Below, in pieces: positions 54,835 to 64,000 of a stretch of 64,000 nt of DNA. Source of the stretch: Octopus vulgaris. Lineage: Eukaryota. Under the pieces are notes generated by a model. It saw only the letters and a program-made list of their open reading frames with translations. It did not search any database and was not told the DNA's origin. Within the stretch, counting starts at the first letter, position 1. Every line of letters begins with the position of its first letter. The stretch is from contig OX597814.1 of NCBI GenBank assembly GCA_951406725.2, positions 177,196,001 to 177,260,000 of the forward strand. The letters are read 5' to 3'. Made by a program: the position numbers and the translations under genes.

Positions 54835-55519
54835 TGTGTGTGTGTGTGTGAGTGTGTGTGTGTGTGTGTGTGTACAAGTTTATTTACATAAATATACGTA
54901 TATAGATATCTATAAAAACATTTATATTCCAACCCCAACTTCATACATAAGTCAATGCATGAAGCCCAAGCAATGAAATTCCTGCATGCCTAAATAAATA
55001 CTGACATACGAACAGATACATATGTACGTACATACAAACATGCATGCCCACATACGTACATGCGTACACGTACATACATGCGTACATACATCATTCATCC
55101 ATCCAGCCATCCAGCCTGCCAGTCAACGAGCTAACCAGCAAGCCATACATACATCATGCACAACTGCTTAGTTGTTATTGTCTAAATGTCAAAAATGTCA
55201 AAGGAAGAGCCTTAGGTCTGTGTTGGAACCCTGCGTTATTTTCTTCAGGCAAGAAATTTCAAAAATAAAATCACAGGAACATGCATGGCATTTAAAAATA
55301 GACATAGCTTTACTAAGGAACAACATGTAGCTCTTCTCCATTGCTGTTATGTAAATTTCTTTGATAGATTTGTTCCTTTGTCAAGAAAAAGGAAGCCGAC
55401 GAAGTCGACTCTGCCTTTTATGGTTTCGGGGTCGATGTAATTGACTTACCCTGTCCCTCAAAATTACTGGCCTTGTGGCAAAACTTGAAATCAGTATATA
55501 AACTATTTATCTATATATA

Positions 55520-55585
<66 letters not shown>

Positions 55586-55719
55586 TGTGAAGGTGTGTGA
55601 CTTAGTGGTAAGGGTGTTCAGCTCATGATCGCAAGGGCACTCATGTCTGTGGAGTCGTCAGTCACTTGCATATTAATTTCACGAGCAGGCTGGAAACCTC
55701 GTCGTTGGAACCGACGGTG

Positions 55720-55768
<49 letters not shown>

Positions 55769-55774
55769 ACTGGC

Positions 55775-55817
<43 letters not shown>

Positions 55818-56083
55818 TATACATATGTTAAAATAACCATTATCGGTAAACTTGTACAAACATTCTTTAATTTTGAGCATAATTATAAATAGGGTCCAGC
55901 AGAATTTGCTTCACCACATACTGAAATTTAGAAATAGCAGTTAAAATTCTATTTTATTAACATAAGATGTCTCCCATTCAGCAATACTCTACAGTCCACG
56001 AAGGTAAAGAGAAAACAATAACGAATCCACCCTGCTTTGATTAGTTATATACACGTTATGCTCATAATTCTGGAATTTTTTTT

Positions 56084-56118
<35 letters not shown>

Positions 56119-56609
56119 CTGGCATTCCGTCAGTTACGTGCTAGACAAAATGTTTGGTGGCACTTTCCTGCACATTACATTTCTGAATTCAAATGCTTCC
56201 ACAGTCAACTTTTGCCTTTGATCCTTTCGAGGGTGAAGAGAGGGGGGTGCGATAAAATAATGTATTAGTGGAGCACTCGCCTTGATGTAATCGATTTACC
56301 CCTACACTGAAACTTAATGGCCGTGTGTAAAAGCCAGAAATTATAAATAAATAAATATATATATATATATACATATATATATGAATAAGTATATATTCGT
56401 CTTTCAATAACACAAATGAGATTTTCTGATTAAGTGACGCCATCTTAAATTGGAATTATTTACCTAAAATTGTATAACTTTATAAAACTTTAATCCAACA
56501 TCTCATTAATCTAAAGTCTGTGACATTTTCAATGGTGAATTTTTACAAATTACTTGTGAAATGCTTATATATTTTCGAGAAATAGAGAAGACATGTTTAT
56601 CTATAATCG

Positions 56610-56692
<83 letters not shown>

Positions 56693-57399
56693 ACACACGC
56701 ACGCACACACACATATGTATATATATATGCAACACAAATATGTATCTTTACATGCATTATACACACACACATGTAATTGAAAGCTACACCTAAAGGCGCG
56801 GTGTGCTAGCAAATGCGGCGATTGTGGTAGAACAGTTTCATACTCAACTTTTTTATTTCCGACGTGGTAAGACAATCTTCAGAACTCCAGGTGGGCCAGA
56901 ATGCCGAGTTAACGTACTTTATGTAGAAAAGAAACAGGAAATATAGACGGTATCCGTGCTTTGTGCATTAATACCGACAATATTTCGTGTGTTCCTTGCA
57001 TACATAATTTCCGTTTAATACAGTTGATGTATCAGAGAAATACTAATCATATATTTATTATTTACCAAATAACTACGCGTTTGTTAGTCATAGTGGCAGA
57101 TATACATGTAAACTTGATCATCTAGTAAATTATACCAATCTGTTGTGTAGGCTTGAATCTTGACTAGTTTTAAATCTGTTAACTAGCCTTATATCTGTTG
57201 ACTAGCTATGCTAAAAAATAGAAAAACCTGACAAAACTGTTTTCCCTAGCTCTGCAAAGGACCAGACTTTCTGAAAAGAACTCTCAATAATCTGCTTTCA
57301 TCGATTCGAGTGAATCCGTAGTCTCTTGCCATGCAATTTGAACTAGATTATACCGTGTAATACTATTTTTCTCCTTGGATAGCAGCTGTTATTTGTGTT

Positions 57400-57592
57400 T
57401 GAACCCCACGTCCACTTGACAACCGATGTTGGTGTCCTTACATCCACGTAACCTAGTGGTTCAACAAAATATTCCGATCGAATAAGTACCAGGCTTTACA
57501 AAATTAAGTTCCGAGGTCGTTTCATTCAATTAGAATTCTTCAGTGCGGTACCCCAGCATGGCCGCAATATAGTTACTGAAACAGGTAAAAGT
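57400..57592 (+). mobile_element. SINE family A, 3' part, degenerate
   Basis: cttgacaaccgatgttggtgt...ccagcatggccgca...actgaaaca. Confidence 0.7.
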
Positions 57593-58075
57593 TAGCAGAT
57601 ATACGTTGTAGCCTCTGGAATATACAATTTTACCTGAATTGGAAATATGTGATAATGTGAACAGATCCAGGTTATGCTTGAAAGTAATAAGAAATGGATT
57701 TCGAATTAGGTACAGGTAACTTGAAATTTAAGTAGCTTGAAGTCTTTACTCCGGGTGTTTCCCCTTAAACTATGGCAATCCAGGCAGTGAAAACTATATT
57801 CCTTGTTTTTCGCATATTCACCAAACTGACACATCTATACTAATGAGATTCTCCGAAAATTGAGGGTTGTAAAAATTCGCCAAAGATAACCCCAAAATAT
57901 CCGTGCAACACGTGCGTAAAACTACAAATGGCAGTGGAGCGAATTCTGAACTTATCTTTTACACTTCCACAACACACACTAATACAGACATGCATATATA
58001 CATACATAAATACATATATATATATACACATACATACATACATACATACATACATACATACATACATACATACAT

Positions 58076-58106
<31 letters not shown>

Positions 58107-58200
58107 CAAAATAAGAAAATGGAGAAATACATCTAAATCAAATATCAATTACCAGATAATACTCAATCACATACTTTATTACAACCCCTATCTCAATTTG

Positions 58201-58250
<50 letters not shown>

Positions 58251-58321
58251 AATTGAGATAGGGGTTGTATAAAGTATATAATTATCTGGTAATTGATATT
58301 TGATTTAGATGTATTCTTTTC

Positions 58322-58398
<77 letters not shown>

Positions 58399-58616
58399 AG
58401 ATAAAAATGGTAAGATAACAAAAGAATGAATGAGACCTCGATATTATGTAAATAGAGGAATTTATCCATAAATGTAATATGTGACAATTATTCGGTAGCC
58501 ATGATAAAACTCCGACTTTCGGGGCATCCGAGACTCGGAGTATTATCATGGCTACCGAATAATTGTTACATGTTATATATATATATATATATCTGCATTT
58601 ATATCTTTATCTGTAT

Positions 58617-58822
58617 AGCTGGCAGAATCGTTAGCACGCCGGGCGAAATGCTCAGCGCTATTTCGTCTGTCTTTACATTCTGAATTCAAAGTCCGCCGAG
58701 GTCAACTTTGCCTTTCATCCTTTCAGGATCGATAAATTAATTACCAGTTGCGTACTGGAGTCGATCTAATCGACTGACACCTTACCTTAAAACTTCTGAC
58801 CTTGTGCCTAGAGTAGAAAAGA
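58617..58822 (+). mobile_element. SINE family B
   Basis: agctggcagaatcgttagcacgccgggcgaaatg...gcctttcatcctttcaggatcgataaatt. Confidence 0.85.
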
Positions 58823-59459
58823 CTATCTATAATTGTATGTGTGCGCAGTGCATATTATTGTTCATACACACACACACACACACACAAAAAACATCAACAA
58901 TTGCGATGGCACGAGACAATACCTGACTGGTTCCTATTTCCTCGATGCCGAGATCCCGAAAGGATCATAGGCAAAGTCAACTTAGGCCAAATTTGAACTA
59001 AGAACGTTAAGGGTCATTAGAGTCATAAGAAATACTCTGCTAATGATTCAGCAAGTTTACCGCCATAATAATAGTCTCTCTCGTGGAAGACGACGTATGA
59101 GCATTCAGCTTTTTGCCGAACGAGCTGTATCATGATTTGTTTATAGTCATCAAAGATATGTGCAGCACATTAGCTCGCCCTCTCCATGAAATCGACGTTG
59201 TTTGAACAGGTGTACGGTGTACCACGCGTCAGGTATCCAAGTAATCGTACAGAGCAACGCGAGATGAAGTGTCTTTGTTTAAGAATACAACACACCACTA
59301 GGTGTAAAGACTGAAATCACGATCGCTAGATCATGGGTGCATCGCCCTAACCGCTAGGCCATGCGCCCTTAATAACATCATCATCATCATCATCATCATC
59401 ATCAACAACAACAATAACAACAAACAACAGCACAACAACAACAACAACAACAATAGTTG

Positions 59460-59670
59460 TTAAAGATTTTTGCCACAAGGGCAGCAATTTTCGGGGAGGG
59501 GATGCGTCAATTACATCGACCCCAGTGTTCAACTGGTACTTATTTTATCGACCCCGAAAGGATGAAAGGTAAAGTCGACCTCGGCGGAATTTGCACTCAG
59601 AGAGTGGCGACGGGCGAAATATCGCTAAGTATTTCGCCCGGCGTGCTAACCATTCTGCCACATCGCCGCC

Positions 59671-59673
<3 letters not shown>
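59460..59673 (-). mobile_element. SINE family B
   Basis: Reverse complement of the family B head and Meta-like core; head abuts (AAT)n. Confidence 0.85.
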
Positions 59674-59728
<55 letters not shown>

Positions 59729-60269
59729 AAATAATAATAATAATAGCCATCACTGCAACAGCAACTCACATGGGTCTTCAATAATTGTTTACTCAGAGTT
59801 TTGCGTAGCCGCTCTTCAAAAGAACATAATACTTTTTTTTTATTTAATACTTTTAAGTTAAAAGTCGTGTTTTAAGAGGCGGCAAGACAGTAAACAACAT
59901 ATGAAAAGCCACTAATTCTAATGTTCTCATCGTCGTTATTGTTGTTGTTGTTGTTGCTCTTCTTCTTCTTCTTCTTCTTCTTCTTCTCCTCCTCCCCCTC
60001 CTCCTCCTCCCCCTCCTCATCCTCAATATTAAAGTGACAGCCGGCAGAATCGTTAGCATGCTGCACAAAAAGTTTAGCGGCATTTCGTTCATCTTAACTT
60101 TCTGAGTTTAAATGCTGCTGAGGTCGATCTTCCATTTCAACTTTTCGGCATCAATAATATAAATCCCAGGTGAGCACTAGGACCATGTTATCATCTTGCT
60201 TCCTTCCCCATGTGCTTTTTGAGCTTTAGCAGAAGGGATTACGATCATTATTATTATTATCATTGTTAT

Positions 60270-60813
60270 TGAGTGAGAGAGCAGTACATCCCATCAAAGT
60301 GAAAATGGGGTAAAATATACGAAGTCCAGTATACCCATCATGATTACCTATCTGATAAGGGTACACCAGGCACATGCATCACAACCATATGTGCGTGACA
60401 TGGTGATCTCATATCAAGATAAACAGCACATGACCTTGCAGGTGGGGCCCAATTAGAATTTTCTTCTGGTCGAGTAACCCATCCCGCTCAAAATGTCCCT
60501 GAATAAGGGTTGCTTAAGGATGTTGAACGAAACACTCATGTTTCCAGAGGTGAATTATTCAAACCCCGAAGAATCCCTCTCAACACATGGCCATGATGCT
60601 CCCCCACTACTTCTGCTCGTGATCAGAGATGCACATATCGTCAGCCACTAAGGGACATAGTCAACTGGTTAAGGTCAAACAAATGACAAGCAACTCTGTA
60701 ATATTGAGCAGAATATTTGCTGCAGCCCATCTTTTATAGCAAGACAAAACAATATACATGATAACACTTCCAATCAGTTAAGATGAGAAGCCATGAAAGC
60801 CACTGCCTGGTAC
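60270..60813 (-). mobile_element. ~600-bp (AAT)n retroposon copy
   Basis: Reverse complement of ~15043-15586. Confidence 0.88.
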
Positions 60814-60868
<55 letters not shown>

Positions 60869-60871
60869 GTT

Positions 60872-61528
60872 GTAGACATCGCACGGTATACAATATCGTG
60901 AGGTTGTTGATTGAAGACATTGTGTCTACTGAGGGTTTGTACTGTTTGTCAAGTCGCAACAAGAACATCAGACAGATAGTACTTTACGCAATATGTGTAC
61001 AGTTCCAAGTAATGCCGACTTTTGGATACACCTAGATTGTAGGGTATTTCTAATGTTTTCAGATGTTTTTTCAGATTGGGTGATATTGAACCCAATGCTC
61101 CGATGACAATAGGGATAACCTTCATGTTTGACTCTCGTATCAGATACATCTTAGTGATCTTAATTCTCAGGTTTTCATATTTATCAACCTTTTCTTTTTT
61201 CATGATGATATGTTGATCTCCTGGCACTGCCACGTCAATTACTAGGCACTCTTGTTTGCTCCACATAAAGGTTACTATATCCAACCTTCGGTGCTCTAAT
61301 ATCTGTCTGTCTGTCTGGAAGCCAAAGTTCCAGAGGATTTTTGTCTTCCCCATTTCGTTTATTATCTTTTCCTGTGTTTGTTGGTACAAAACACCCGTAG
61401 CCTCACATTCATACTTACTGCATTGTAGCCAGTGGAGGTCCTGGGATACCTTGTCGTGTCTACGCTTGTACTCTTTCTGCGCAAGACTTTCAGAAGGACT
61501 AACAATATGAGTCATGCTTTCGACATCT
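60872..61528 (-). mobile_element. R4/Dong-like LINE 3' fragment (RLE)
   Basis: LAQKEYKRRHDKV...LHW...KILWNF.FQTDR...HRRLDIV...CLVIDVAVPGD...EKVDKYENL...VIPIVIGALG; (AAT)n on both sides. Confidence 0.9.
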
Positions 61529-61529
61529 G

Positions 61530-61642
<113 letters not shown>

Positions 61643-61675
61643 GTTGTTGTTGTTGTTGTTGTTGTTGTTATTATT

Positions 61676-62050
61676 AAGGCGGCGAGCTGGCAGAAACGTT
61701 AGCGCGCCGGGTGAAATGCGTAGCCGTATTTCGTCTGCCGTTACGTTCTGAGTTCAAATTCCGCCGAGGTCGACTTTGCCTTTCATCCTTTCGGGGTCGA
61801 TTAAATAAGTACGAGTTACGCACTGGGGGTGATATAATCGACTTAATCCATTTGTCTGTCCTTGTTTGTCCTCTCTGTGTTTAGCCCCTTGTGGGTAGTA
61901 AAGAAATAGGTATTTCGTCTACCGCTACGTTCTGAATTATAATTCCGTCGGGGTCGACCTTATATCTCACCTTTACGGAATCGATAAAATAAATAACAAC
62001 CGAGTACTGGGCTCAATGTAATCGATTTAATCTGCAACCAAAAAATTTCT
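61676..62050 (+). mobile_element. SINE family B, full copy plus partial second copy
   Basis: AAGGCGGCGAGCTGGCAGAAACG head, box B-like GAGTTCAAATTCC, core GCCTTTCATCCTTTCGGGGTCGATTAAATAAGTAC similar to the MetaSINE domain. Confidence 0.88.
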
Positions 62051-62069
62051 GGCCTTTACCAAAATTCGA

Positions 62070-62972
<903 letters not shown>

Positions 62973-62978
62973 TATTAA

Positions 62979-63067
<89 letters not shown>

Positions 63068-63068
<1 letters not shown>

Positions 63069-64000
63069 GTGATGAAAACTCACAACTTATTTTGCTAGGT
63101 ATGGTGATAAGTGTCAGCTGTCCACAGCCAGCAGAGTAAGGTGACACTTGTTTACCGGTCTTGCTTCAAGAACTCTGCTAAGAATTCTTGCATTTCCAAG
63201 CAATACTGATTTTCTTAGGTGTTCTACCTTCACACTTGCACCAAACTTTTTTAGTCATGTTGGTAGTCGACTGCTGATATTTACAAGTGCATCAAGTACC
63301 TATTGGTATCATGTCTATTCTCCTCATTCACCACAAACTTCGTATTTCCCATTTCAAATCGTCATAGTTGTTTATTTTCTCTTTTTCACGTTGATCCTGT
63401 TGTCACCGGAGCATGCTATGTCTATTATCATGCATGTTCTCTTTTATTCACCACAACAAATATCCGGTTTCCGATGTCTGGTCAGGTGATCGCGCTGTAT
63501 CATTGTATTCCACAGGATTTTGCAATTCTCATTCTCAGTGATTCCTTCTGAGATTTTCTCATACCACGTCTTTGTTCTTTGTAGGCCGTGATTTCTACAG
63601 AGCTCCCAATGGATCATCCTTACCACATTATGATGGCGTCTTTTATATTCGCGTTGTGTCAATTTCGGGCACTCACTAAGGATGTGCCATACTATTTTAC
63701 CACTCTCACCACACATTGGTCCTTAATGTTTGTACTTGAGCTGCGTATAAGAGTACTTCTGTCTCTATCTTCAGGTCACTCTTCTTCATCCATAGCCAGC
63801 GGTCCTCTGTATCTGCCTTCACGTTCACATCTCTTGCAATCTGACCGTGCTTTTTACCCCTTCCATGCTTTTTCTTTTTTTGTGCTCATTTCTTGCTCAT
63901 ATTTTTCTTTCATTACACAATTCTCAGTTTTGGTGACGCTGGCCTTCGTATGTTTCAACAGTGACTCCACGGCATTTGTTATATACCACCCTAAGCTGTT
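63068..64000 (-). mobile_element. R4/Dong-like LINE 3' portion (runs off the window)
   Basis: CGESGKIVWHILSECPKLTQREYKRRHHNV...IHWELC...WY...ENENCKILWN.IQ.DH...HRKPDI; 3' UTR shared with 33025-33103; (AAT)n tail. Confidence 0.9.

Overview
AT-rich, microsatellite-saturated animal genomic DNA. The SINE families and repeat landscape most resemble Octopus (inference from recognised repeats, not a database match). I found no convincing host gene exon, rRNA, tRNA gene or CRISPR array, and most ORF-track entries are translations of simple repeats. The window is a transposon mosaic: a frameshifted mariner, several MITE-like elements, a Helentron-type non-autonomous element, three tRNA-derived SINE families, and fragments of Tx1/L1, R4/Dong-like, RTE, CR1 and Penelope retroelements. 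Most notable: (i) a 2.24-kb ORF1-only Tx1/L1-like element with a perfect 15-bp TSD inside a SINE tRNA head; (ii) a non-coding ~600-bp element and several RLE LINE lineages that all sit in (AAT)n on the same strand; (iii) an internally deleted RTE with a TSD; (iv) Penelope remnants with inverted repeats and degenerate minimal hammerhead motifs; (v) fold-back palindromes centred on (TA)n and a templated inverted insertion into a SINE. Coordinates were read by eye and may be off by a few bases.
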